DNA from: Chrysomallon squamiferum
Taxonomy: Eukaryota > Animalia > Mollusca
Assembly: GCA_012295275.1 (NCBI GenBank)
Contig: CM022671.1
Coordinates: 23,188,001-23,252,000 of the forward strand
DNA: 64,000 bases
Reading direction: 5' to 3'
Shown here: positions 29,862 to 42,248 of the stretch, piece after piece
Position numbering within the stretch: position 1 is the stretch's first letter
How the letters are laid out: every line of letters starts with the position of its first letter
Made by a program: the position numbers and the translations under genes
The notes under the pieces: model-generated
The model's database searches: none
Seen by the model: the letters and a program-made list of their open reading frames with translations, nothing else
What the model was told of the DNA's origin: nothing

Positions 29862-30168
29862 TCTCTGTTTTCTTTCTTTCTTTTTTCTTCAACTATTAAT
29901 TTTTTTAAAATATTAATATTTTTATTTTTCAAACCTCTATAAATCCCTTTTTTGTATTGTCTTTCCTTCCTGTTTCTTTCCTTCTCTTTTTCTTTTCCGT
30001 TCGTCCATTTATCAATTATTTATTTATTTATTTGTTTAAAATGGATGTTTTAAAATGGGTGTTTTTTTTTTTTTTTACAGATATTTAACATTTATTCTTT
30101 TTCCATTTTTTAAACAAACATCTTACAGACAACTAACTATAAAGCTTCAATTTAAAAAAAAATTAAAA

Positions 30169-30204
<36 letters not shown>

Positions 30205-30454
30205 TATAATAATAATAATAAATAATAATAATAAGAATAAATAATAATAACAATAATAATAATAATAATAAAATAAAATAAAATAAATAAAAGTAAAACA
30301 TTTTTAAAATCCCTTTCAACAATAATTATATAAATATATATATGTTGTATGCATGTATGTACGTACGTACGTACGTACGTATGTATGTATGTATGTATGT
30401 ATGCATATTATGTATGTATGTACGTACTAACTATGAGAGTGTGTATGTATATGT

Positions 30455-30505
<51 letters not shown>

Positions 30506-31255
30506 TCATATATGCATCTTTTCTGAAAGCAGCACTACAGGTGAAACTATTAACGATTTCAAATCATTCCACTCGTGTGGAGCCAGAAAGCGACCACGGC
30601 GCACTAAAAAACAAGCACGCCTACTTGACTACGACTTCGCTGCAGTCCCGCTCCACTCAGCCTGGACGTCCACGCACGCGGCATGCGGCGGCTACATTCA
30701 GTTTGCAACGCTGCAATAATCGTGATTTATTCATGTTTAATCGACTATGAAAAAATGCGATGTTTCTATTGAAGCTAAGCATCCGGAAAACGATAACAAT
30801 GGTTTCTTTCGGCATATTCTTCACTGATATCGATAATTTAGTAATGTTTGAAAATGTTTCCTGCCGAGCTGTTAAACTATGCATTGAATCTAGAGACGTG
30901 CCATATTTTATTATTTCTAATTTTTTTTGTATTTTTTATTTTTTTTTTTTTTTTTTTTAGAGTTTTGTATTATTATTATTATTCCGCTTGCACTTTCTGT
31001 GTTTCTTGTATACGGTTATTATGATCGCGTAATGACAGCAAAATGATTTACTTATTTTAGAGTCACAGTAGGTTTCTCCATTTGTTCAGCGTGTAGAAAT
31101 TACAGATAAATTATGTATGCAAGTGTGTATGTGTTTTTTTTTATGTATGTATGTATGTGTGTGTGTGTGTGTGTGTGTTTATGTATGTATGTATGTTTTT
31201 ATATTTATGTATGTTCGTAAGTACGTATGTATGTATGTATATGTGTATGTGTGTA

Positions 31256-31301
<46 letters not shown>

Positions 31302-31440
31302 TGTGTGTGTGTGTGTGTGCGTTCATATGATAACTGTAGCAGTTCTTCTTGTATACTAACGTGGTAATGATAATGATAATGATGACGATGAAGACGAAGG
31401 CGAAGAAAAAGGTGATAATGATAATACTAATAATTTATAG

Positions 31441-31485
<45 letters not shown>

Positions 31486-32094
31486 AAATACTAAACAACT
31501 CTAACTAGCTTCATATATAAAATCATTAGCTCTATTTTACTTGAGAACCACGTTCTAATCGACAAGATAACGTGTGTTATATCTGACGTTATTCTAATAG
31601 TTCTGATGTCAGCCATTGTTAGATACTTTTATTAAGAAAAACATTAATCTCCAGTTCTTTTGTAGCTTAAACATGCTGTGTACGTTTAGCCTTTAGCTTA
31701 TCTATTATGTTTGATTAACAGAACAAAAATAATAATTTCATTTATTACAATATTGCAATTTAGACAAGGATTAACGCATTCATTGTCATTGAATATAGGA
31801 GAGTTTTTTTTTGTTTTTTTTCTTTTATGCGCAGTCTAACTGGATTAATGTTATCATCATCATTATCGTAATAATAATAATAATAATAATCAACATTATA
31901 ATCATCATTATAAATTAAATTACTGCGATGTTTTTTTTTATTGTAGTTGTGTGATACGTTTAGTTTGAATGTCAGCATTATATTTTTCAAAAAAGATAAA
32001 CATACGGCCATTATTGTCATTGTCATCATCATCATCATCATTATTACTATTATTATTATTACTATTATTATTATTATTATTACTATTACTATTG

Positions 32095-32148
<54 letters not shown>

Positions 32149-33449
32149 TCTATTGGAGTTAAATATATATTTGTTAATACCGTCATTATCATTACCATCA
32201 TCAATTGTTTTGTTAATCTGGTGGCACAACATATTTTTTATTGTGCTCATTTTTTTCCCTCGTGTTTTCCGTAACACAACAAAGATCCCGGATTCCATTT
32301 TTCCTTCTCGTAACCAAAGTGGACATCTGTGACAGTCAGACCATTATAAACAGTTTGAAAAAACCCTTTGTTAGAATTTAAAACAAGATAGACAGATACT
32401 AAAACAGCACAAAGAATTTAAGCTACTGCAACACGTCAGAAATGTGAGCGCAGATTCGAGCGCAACACATTTCTGCCTAAACCAGCGCACGTGCTTTGAA
32501 ATGTGTTCGTCTCGCGTCCGTGTCACGCGTGCACGTGAGTGTCCGCGCCATGTGCGGGACGTCGTGCGTTTGACGCCGTCGTCGCATGGCCCCTGGTCAG
32601 AGGTTCTGTGACAGACGATGTCTGGACCGGACACCCCAGCCTGTTCTGAAGCGATAACCAAACGTGTCATCTTTTAGAATGTCATCTGTCAAACAAAGCC
32701 AGAGCGCAACAGATTTCCGAGACAGCCAGTCAGAACCTGGGTTTCTCGTAATTAAAATTAAATACTATGATAAATGCTATTTATTATTATTATTATTATT
32801 ATTTTATATTTTTATTTTTATTGTTGTTGTTACTGTTTTACTATCATATCATCATCATCATTACTGCTTATACTACTACTACTAATTCTAATACTGTTAT
32901 TATTATTACTATTATTATTATTATTATTGCTATCGTTATTATTATTATTTTGGTTTATTTCAATAACATTAAAAGAACGCTGTAATTATGATGATAATAA
33001 CAACAAAAAACAAAAACAAGAACAGATAAAACATAACTACTATCATTACTACTACACAACAATACTCTCAAATTTTACCACCACTGCGTTATTTATTTAT
33101 TTATTTATTTATTTATCGAAGAAGGAAAATGATGGAACATAAGCTTCCCACAATACTAAATGGTCATCAGTGTATCTTACCTTAATACTTATGACTGACA
33201 ATAAATAAATAAATAAATAAATAAATATCAGCTGGTTTTAAAAGTCCCTTTCCACCCTAATAACGTTATCATTATACTGTCATATTTTATTACAGATTAA
33301 CACGGATCGCTATAAACAAATGAAGCAGCAAAGTGAAAGCACGCTACATAAATTTATTTACCTAAGTGTTAGTAAAATTTGTTTTGAAAAATATCTTTAG
33401 GGCGAGAGAAAATAAAAAAAAAATAAAAATTAACTAGTCTTATGACTCA

Positions 33450-34280
33450 TAGCACCTAAAGGGAAAGTGACGTGCCTTTGAAAAACAGTTCAGTTTGCTT
33501 GTCCCTTTGAGAATACTGAAAACTGTTTGTAGCTGAATGGTTCCTCTGAAGATAATCCACTGACCACATACTCGGTGCCGCATACTGCACCTCGCACAAC
33601 TGCAAACTGAGCGAAAAAAAAGCGAGCGGGTCCGGCCACTTCATCGGCATTGTTTACCCGTCTCTATGTCAATGTTTTCACTGAACACCTATATCGGTGC
33701 GGCAATTCAATTTGTAACCCCGAGAGGGACACGACGAATCTCTCAGGTATTCGCCAGTGGCTTGCGGGCAGCAGGTGAACCACTTTGATCCTTTCACGTG
33801 AAAGGATTACCCCGGGTCCACTGTTTTTACAGCAATTAGCTCGACCTGGCCTTCGTCGGTATCGCCAGGAACCGGCAAAAGAAAGCGAAACAATGGCAGT
33901 CTGGATTTCAAAAAGAAAGTTCTCATCTCGTAGCTTTCGTTTTGTTTTTGTTCCGGCGAAGATCTTTCATTGTTCTCATTGTTTGTTTCGCAATCTATCT
34001 TTTCACTGACGATTCTTCGCCTAACCCCCTCGAGCATCTATCTACGTGATGCGAGGACCTAACGCGCGGATTCGAAAAAGGGGTCCTGGCACGGTGGAGC
34101 TAACGGAAACTTGCGTCAGAAGCCTTGATCCCTTGTTTAAGAATGTAAGTTAACGTCTGGAGCGCAACAAAATAGCGAGTCGAAACTGTCCCAGTGATAA
34201 ATCCGTTTACGCCGCTGACTTCCAAGTCTTTACGTCCTCTTGTGCGATACTAGTTACGTAAATGAGCATGAACTGACGTT
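33450..34280. promoter_or_regulatory. Large CpG-rich island ~4.5-5.4 kb upstream of the Lhx1/5 ATG, candidate enhancer
   Basis: ~800 bp of complex, CpG-rich sequence between very AT-rich spacers; GCAGGTG (33771), CTTTGAT, TCACGTGA clustered. Confidence 0.45.
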
Positions 34281-34845
34281 TTCTAGTTTAAAAAAACAAC
34301 ACAATCTAAATATCATTTTTTTTTTTTAATGATATCTGTTTATGACAGCCGTATCTGAATTTTAACTGACTATATGCAGTGTGTGTATATATATATATAT
34401 ATTTTCACCTCCAGTTGTCAGATAATCCTATAAACAAGTGTTATATGGGGAAATATTTACTGCGTGGATTTTTAATTATTTTATTTTATTTTATTTTATT
34501 TTATTTTATTTTATTTATTTATTTATTTATTTATTTTATACTAATATTTTATCAAAAATTTAGAGTATAATTATGACGCGGTGATAGATTGTACCCAGGA
34601 CAGGCATACCTAAACAGTTATTTAACGAAAACATTTTCCAATTCATACACATTAATAATGATTATTTTACTGTTCTTTACAAATACATTATTATTATTAA
34701 TAATATTATTATTATTATTAGTAGTAGTAGTAGTAGTAGTAGTATTAAATTTATTATTATTTACATATTTATTTATTTGTTTTTGAAAAAAAAAAGAAAT
34801 TCAAAATAATAGTTATATTGTTTTAATTATTTCTAAATTTTATTA

Positions 34846-34885
<40 letters not shown>

Positions 34886-36049
34886 ATAGATAACATTATT
34901 ATCATTAATATCAAAATAATAATAATCGTTATCATTATTATTATCATAAAAATCACAATAATATTATTATTATTTTATTTTACTTGTTTTTCTTTTAAAT
35001 TTTATATTAATTTTATTTCATTTTCATTTCATTTTATGATATTTATAGCATGTTGTCCAAAATATTATTTTAAATATTTCCCGTGTTTAATCTCGTAAAA
35101 TGATGTATTGTTTTATTTATTTTGTCTTAATTACGTTACACTTATCGATAATATCGTCATAATCGGCGAAAACTGTATTATTGCAATCGACATTCGCATG
35201 ACACACGTTTCAACTCTCTGACTTATTACGAGAACTGTATCTCAGAAAAAAACTTTCAATTTTATTTCTTCTAAAAACAGAACAGATCCAAACTTCTGCA
35301 TCATTACAATTATTTAAAAAAAAAAAAAAAAAAAAAATTACAAAATAAAAAAAAAAAAAAATAAAAAATAAAACTGCCTAGCGAAATAAGTCGTATATGC
35401 TTTTTTGAAAAAGGTTAAATGCTTTAAAATGATGAATAGATTATTAATTAATTAATTTATGCGCTAATACATTACATGTCCATCCATCTATTTTATTTAT
35501 ACTTATAAACATATATATATATATATATATGTGTATACGTTTATATATATAAATATATATATACACACACACGCATACAACATATATAGAGATATACAGA
35601 TAGACAGAAATATATATAAATATATATTATAATAGTAATAATAATATACAACAAAAATCATAACAATAAGAAGAAGAAAATCGACAACAATGACAACAAC
35701 AACAGCAACAACAAAACAATAATAAGAACAACAGCAATAAATAACTAACTAACTAACTAAATAAATAAATAAATAAATAAATAACATTTAAAGATAATCG
35801 TTGTATTGGATGCTGGAGAACATCGGCTTGCAATCGAGGGCAATAAACAAGTCCGTGTTAACACACAGAGACAGCGAAATGATTGCTTAATTATTTCATT
35901 GCTTTCAGTCACTTGCCGTTTTAATAGCACGTAACGATTACACTTTAATCAATTCGCTGGGTAAACTTGCTGATTCTTATCTCTGTCGCTAATAACACAT
36001 GTTTCGTTATCTCCTGAAACTGACACACGTTAATGTTGGCATTCCTAAC

Positions 36050-36084
<35 letters not shown>

Positions 36085-37929
36085 AAAAAAAAGGTGTTTA
36101 GAAAGACTGAAGATATTATTGGGAAGCCAGAATAAAAATAGCAAACACAACACACACGTACGTATATACAGACACACCTTGTTCATTGTACAAGCACATT
36201 TATTTATTTATTTATTTATTTATTTATTCATTTATTTATTTACCAGTATTATTATTGTTGTTGTTGTTATTATTATTATTTTTATTATTATTTTTATTAT
36301 TATTATCATTATTATTATTATTATTATTATTGTTATTATTATTATTGTAGTAGCAGTAGAACCTGTAAAAGAGTAGTAGTAGTAGTAGTTGCAATGGATT
36401 CAGTCGTAATAGCATTTGTCTCATTTATTATTGTTACTTTTTTTTTATAAGCTGCTACTGCTACTATTACTATCACTACCACTACAACAAGTTTTAAATC
36501 ATTTTCTTCATCTTCATTTTTTTCATCATTTATTTATTTATTTATTTATAGTTATTTACTTGTGTACTAACGTACTAACGTAATTACTTATTCTTGATAA
36601 ACACTGAAGGATCTACAAAGAATTGTCATCAGTAAAATAAATTTTCAGTAAAAAAAAAATGGAGTAATTGTTTTGTTCCAGAAATACTTTTTAATGTTAT
36701 TTAATTTTCTACTTCTTTTTTATGACATTTATTTTTTTCTTTCGTTCAATTTTTTTACTTTATTTATTTATTTATTTATTTATTTATTTTTGTTTTATTT
36801 ATTTATTTATTTATTTTAATACATATTTCTTCGAACGCATAATTTCTCTAATGTTTCTTTTTTTTTTTGTTGTTTTTTTCTCTGCTTTTCATTAACGAAT
36901 TCTTTTGAAATATTTAAGCGTATGTTTCTTTTGGAAGGAAAAATTCCTTTAGAAAATGTTAAATATTTCCATTATTATTTAAAATGTCCTTATAGCATTT
37001 TTATAAACCTATGTTATGATGTATTAGTATTAATGTATAATCAATCTTTTGTAAAATTAAAATTTCTTAGACGAATGCAACGGCTGTCCATATAATAAAG
37101 AATCAGTAATGTGTTTTAAGTGTAGCTATGGGTTTGTGTGTTTGTGTGTGTTTGTGTGTGTGTGTGTGTATGTGTGTGTGTGTGAGATTATGTGTGTATG
37201 TGTATGTGTGTTTGTAAATTTGCCTCATCGTTAATTTTATTTGTTTATTTGTTTATTTTATTTTATATTATTTTATTTTGTTTATTTATTTATTTATTTA
37301 TTTATATATTTATTTGTTTGTTTGTTTATTTATTTATTTTACACTGCTGTTGTTGTATTGATGTTTATAGACTCAAAAAGAAATTTGGTTTTTATGATTT
37401 GTACATTATTCGGATGTAAACAATTCCGTACGTTATGCATGCTTCTCTTTTTTGTTTCTCTCATTGTTTTAAATTATATATGAAATGTAGACAGCCATGT
37501 TAGGACAAGAAGTAAAAACGTAGTTTCTCTAGTTTAATACTGTGGTTACCATATCGACAGAGATCGAGTAAGAACCTGGATTATTGTTATTATTTAACAC
37601 AAGTGAAAAAAACGTTGTGGACAAAATTTCCTAAACAACACACTGATTAAAGCTGACCACGGTGATAATTACATAAGCGATACTTGAAGAAATACGTTTT
37701 ACTTTTCAGTTTAATCTATTTATCATGAAATGAAGTCGGTAGATTGTTTTTGTTTCTTTTTCATTCATGGCTAGATCAATTCAAGTGTTAGGCCATTTGG
37801 CTACATACACTGCGAGCCACATTTTAACGACTTGGAGTGTTTGTTCTTGGATTTATGGACAAATATCACCCACCGAAATGAAAGGGTGAAATCCAAGGAC
37901 AGTTCCTTTAAGAAGACTACAGATAAGGC

Positions 37930-38826
37930 TGAACATACGGCTTGTCATTCCCGTACGAGCCCTCTCACTGGCCGAGAAACAAAAATGTAGGCGGAGCTTA
38001 GAGTAACGCAGTCTGACACGCCTTCCACAAAGATCTGCTTACAATTGAATGGCGAAACATAACACAGCATAAACACTGACGGGCCAGCTCGACTGCTGTT
38101 CAATGGGTTCCACTGACTCGGGGCACATTCGGGAACAAGCTGACGCGCACCGAATCACAATTATAATGGCGATCTCCATGGATACTCTTTCTGACTGACG
38201 TGGCTGTTGGCCGCGCCCATCGTCCGGTTATCGTAACTAAACTTCCAACATGAAAGTGTTGGCACACTGGTTCGCCAATAACATCTCGACTCTTCAGGAT
38301 ATGAACGTTGTCACGCTTCCACGGAACTAAAAATTCTCACCCAGGAACACGAAGGGAAAAGGCCACAGTTGACCTAACCTGTGTGGATTCGGGTAGTATT
38401 TGAAACACGACTGCAATTCTGTGAGCGACCTGTGTAAACACAGCACTCCCTTTTCAGACCAAGTGTTACGAGGCTGTGTTGGATTGTCTGAAAAAAAAAA
38501 AAAAAAAAATACCCAGGCCGGAGCTGCAACCGAGAGGAAATAATTATTATAAATATAAATATTTATATTTGTATATCTATATATATATATATTTATATAT
38601 ATGTAGATACACACATCTATAAATATATTCACACATATATTATAGATAAATGTAAAAATTCGGAACCCGGTCAGGAACAGCAATATTCGCGGCGTGTTTG
38701 GCTGTAACGGATACTCACACCCCGACCCTGGCCGTGTCGGTCGACCCCCGGGCCCCCGTCCCGCAGCTCAAGTTCGAGCCCTTGCCGTGGGCCGGGTCCG
38801 GTTGCAGCGTGGACTTGAAGAGCGCA
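37930..38826 (+). promoter_or_regulatory. Putative Lhx1/5 promoter / 5' UTR region
   Basis: CpG-rich complex sequence directly upstream of the start codon: GC-box-like AGGCGGAGC (37989), ATGGCG cores, TGACGTGG, TATAAT (38162). Interrupted by a TA-rich tract (~38545-38650). TSS cannot be fixed from sequence. Confidence 0.55.
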
Positions 38827-38996
38827 ATGGTGCAGTGCGCTGGATGTGAAAGACCCATTCTTGACCGATTCCTTCTGAACGTTTTGGATCGAGCCTGGCA
38901 CACCAAGTGTGTGCAGTGTTCAGACTGTAAGAGCAACTTGACAGAGAAATGTTTCTATAGGGAAGGAAAACTCTACTGTCGGAGCGACTTTTTCAG
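38827..38996 (+). CDS. Lhx1/5: LIM-homeobox protein Lhx1/5 (Lim1/lin-11 family), coding exon 1 (LIM domain 1)
   Basis: ATG at 38827 (GCAATGG) gives [56 protein letters not shown], a complete LIM Cys/His/Asp pattern nearly identical to the vertebrate LHX1 N-terminus as I recall it ([25 protein letters not shown]...). Ends at donor CAG|GTGAGA (phase 2, 170 nt). Confidence 0.97.
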
Positions 38997-40416
38997 GTGA
39001 GAGATATGACGCTATAAGTCTGGATACGCATTTTGTATTTATTTGTTTTTCATGTTATATAGCGGGCCGTAGTCGTATTTAAACGTCGCTACGCCTCTCC
39101 GTCGCTTTATTTATATTAAACGCTGTATCTGCACTGAAGCGAGACTGCTTTTTTAGAATTTTTTATTTTTTATTTTTTTTTATTATACTTCCTCTTTTTT
39201 AGCGGGTAGTTCAAATAGTTTTTTTTTTTTTTCTTTTTTTATTTTTTTTTTTTTTTTTTTTTTTTTTCAAAACATATGCTATATCATTTGTATTTTAATA
39301 ATTTCTTTGAAAATTCTCAGTCTTTTTATTTAGCAGTTTTTTTGTTGTCTTTTTTTTAAATAAAAAAATAAGTAAGATAGTAAGTATATAAATAAACAAA
39401 TAAATAAATAAATAAATAAAATCCGGATAGTGTAAGTATATTTATTTCATATAACAGTGCGGTTTTATTTGACTTTCTAAAACTTCTCCGAAAGTATAAA
39501 AAGGTAAATAGCGTTCGTTCTTAACTCGCGTTAAATAAAGGTTTCAAAAATATAATATTATTTTAATAGTTTTTATTATATAAACTAAAAGTAAAATCTT
39601 TAACTTATCTTCATTATGGTCATAAAGAATTAATTATTAAATTTATTCTAAATGATGAATTATATACCAAAATCTGTTTAATTTAATTGCATTAATTTTT
39701 ACCGTTAATGGTACCGTTATAAAACTATCTGATATTCTTTTAGAAACCATTGAACTGCAGCTTCTTGTTTTTTCATTCCGTGAATTTCCATAAATATTTT
39801 TGCCCGTTTATTTTATCTTAAAAATATAAACATCCTGACGTCCATATTTATTTGTTTTGAAGATAATTTAACTTTTTACCGGAATAATTTTGAAATATAT
39901 TATGAAGAATTTCAAACATGAGTTTGCTATTCAAATATTCATGCAATATTCTATGAATAAATCATCGGAACTGATGTTGCGATTATATTTATAATTTTAG
40001 CACACTTAGGAACAGTGAAACAAAATTCAGGTTTCGTAAATCTGTACCTCTAAATTCATTATTGTTGTTATTTTAAACATAACTTTAAAACTTTACTGAA
40101 GCAAATATTTATTTATAATAAAATTCAAAAACAACAAAAAAAAAAAAAAGCGAGATAAAATATGTCATTTCGTGTAGAAATGTCAAACCGTGTTGACTAA
40201 GCTCATAAGCGAATACACATATTATCTACATATATAATAACAAAAAAATATATACTGGTGTATATGTATGTATATATATATATATATGTATGTACGTACG
40301 TATGTATATATGTATATATCTATGTATATATATATATTACGTGCGTTTAGCATATTTTTATTCTATTTTTTTATTTTAGATTTCAGTGAACTCACACACA
40401 CATACATACATAAACA

Positions 40417-40455
<39 letters not shown>

Positions 40456-40982
40456 ACATATACATTATACACATGATGACAGGGCCGTTGCTTTGTTTGC
40501 TATCAGATGCAGTCGAAACTTATCATAATTTCATGTTGAAATGATTAAATGATTATGACTAATTATCGGTGGTGAAAGTCCCAATGACACAGGCAACTGC
40601 ATTTTGTGCCGGCGAAAGTCATGAATTATTCATTAAGCCGCCGATAGCTGGTTATGACGAGTGTTTTCATTTCGTTTCTGTTGACATGCAAATCAGTTTT
40701 ATGTTTTAGCGACACACAAACCGTGGCAAAAGTTAGCTATACGTAGTTTTTATGTACATTTAACCCGAGTCTAGATCTGCAGGTGTACGGAAATAGTAAT
40801 TTCTTTTAATTTTTATTTATTTATATATTTTTTTTTTCTTTCTAAAGGTTTACTTTCTGTAGAGTTTATTTTTTTGTTCTTTTTTTTTTTTTTTTTCTCT
40901 GTAAGTTTTCTCAAATAATATATATTTTTCAAACTGTTATATTAAATTTTTAAGAAAAAAAAAAGATATTCCAAAAATGATT

Positions 40983-41043
<61 letters not shown>

Positions 41044-41443
41044 TGAACTAATAATATGAACTAATTATATCTTTATACAAAAAAAATTGCAGATAAACAT
41101 TTCTTCTGATATTTATTTTTATTTCCCTTCTTATTCATTCATTTATTTATTTATTTATTTATTTACTTATTCATTTTAATTACTTACTTCCTTATTTATA
41201 ACTGTCTAGTTCGAATTAAGTTCCGTGATAAATAATTTTATTTTTGAAAATTTTATACAGTTTAGTCTATTACAAGGTATCCGATATTTATATACACCAT
41301 ATTATGCTATAATATAAATACAAAATGTTTTAGTAAATATATTTTACAGACATTTATAAAAACCGTCACGATATATATATATATAATTATTATTATTATT
41401 ATTTTGTTTTTATTAAAAAGCTCGCGAAAGAGTGCTATAATGC

Positions 41444-41498
<55 letters not shown>

Positions 41499-41600
41499 TT
41501 ATTTATTTATTTACAACGGCATATATCAAACATGCATGCATGTATCTAATACCCGTGATTTTCATAACTTGATTGTAACGTACGTGACTGTGAATTTCAG
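38997..41600 (+). other. Lhx1/5: Lhx1/5 intron 1 (GT-AG, phase 2, 2604 nt)
   Basis: GTGAGA...TTTCAG; joining restores the continuous LIM1-LIM2 frame FFR/RYGTKC. Confidence 0.95.
40475..40790. promoter_or_regulatory. Candidate intron-1 enhancer
   Basis: The main complex-sequence block inside intron 1; TAATTA (40560), GCCGGCG (40608), GCCGCCG (40637), GCAGGTG (40779). Confidence 0.4.
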
Positions 41601-41803
41601 GAGATACGGGACAAAGTGTGCTGGATGTTCTCACGGAATATCACCTAACGACCTTGTACGCAGAGCTAGAAACAAAGTGTTTCACCTGAAGTGTTTTACG
41701 TGCATGGTATGTCGGCGGCAGCTGTCCACGGGAGAAGAGTTGTATATTCTTGACGAGAATAAATTTATCTGTAAGGAGGACTATCTTAACACGAAATTCC
41801 CAG
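41601..41803 (+). CDS. Lhx1/5: Lhx1/5 coding exon 2 (LIM domain 2); 3' boundary most likely a GC donor
   Basis: Acceptor tgaatttcAG|G at 41600 completes the phase-2 Arg codon (AG+G). Encodes [67 protein letters not shown], the Lhx1/5 LIM2. End placed at CAG|GCAAGT; alternative GT at 41808. Confidence 0.93.
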
Positions 41804-42147
41804 GCAAGTAATTTCTGTTTAAAAGTGGACGTTTCGTTTATAGTTGTTCGCCAAACGTAGGTTTAATTATTCGTTGTTTCTGGCTTCAAGAAGGTAAGTG
41901 ATTGTTATTATTATTATTATTATTTTATTATTATTAATTGAATGTATTTAATTTTTATTAACTGTATCAAATTTAAATGTTTTTCTTTTACAATGTGCGT
42001 ATTTTCTAATGCGTGATTGGGGGGAACAAAATTATATTTTGTAAAAGCACACTCAAGTATACTTATGAATTCTGTTTTCTAAAAAGAGTATCTAAACTAA
42101 TAATATTCAATGCGTGATTTACAAGCGGAACAGAACAATTTTTTAAA

Positions 42148-42248
<101 letters not shown>

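Noticed and set aside
38671-38936. Antisense ORFs over exon 1
   Set aside because: Shadows of the GC-rich LIM1 coding sequence.
41404-41600. N-terminal part of ORF 41404..41811 as coding
   Set aside because: Intronic (TA)n sequence upstream of the clear acceptor at 41600.
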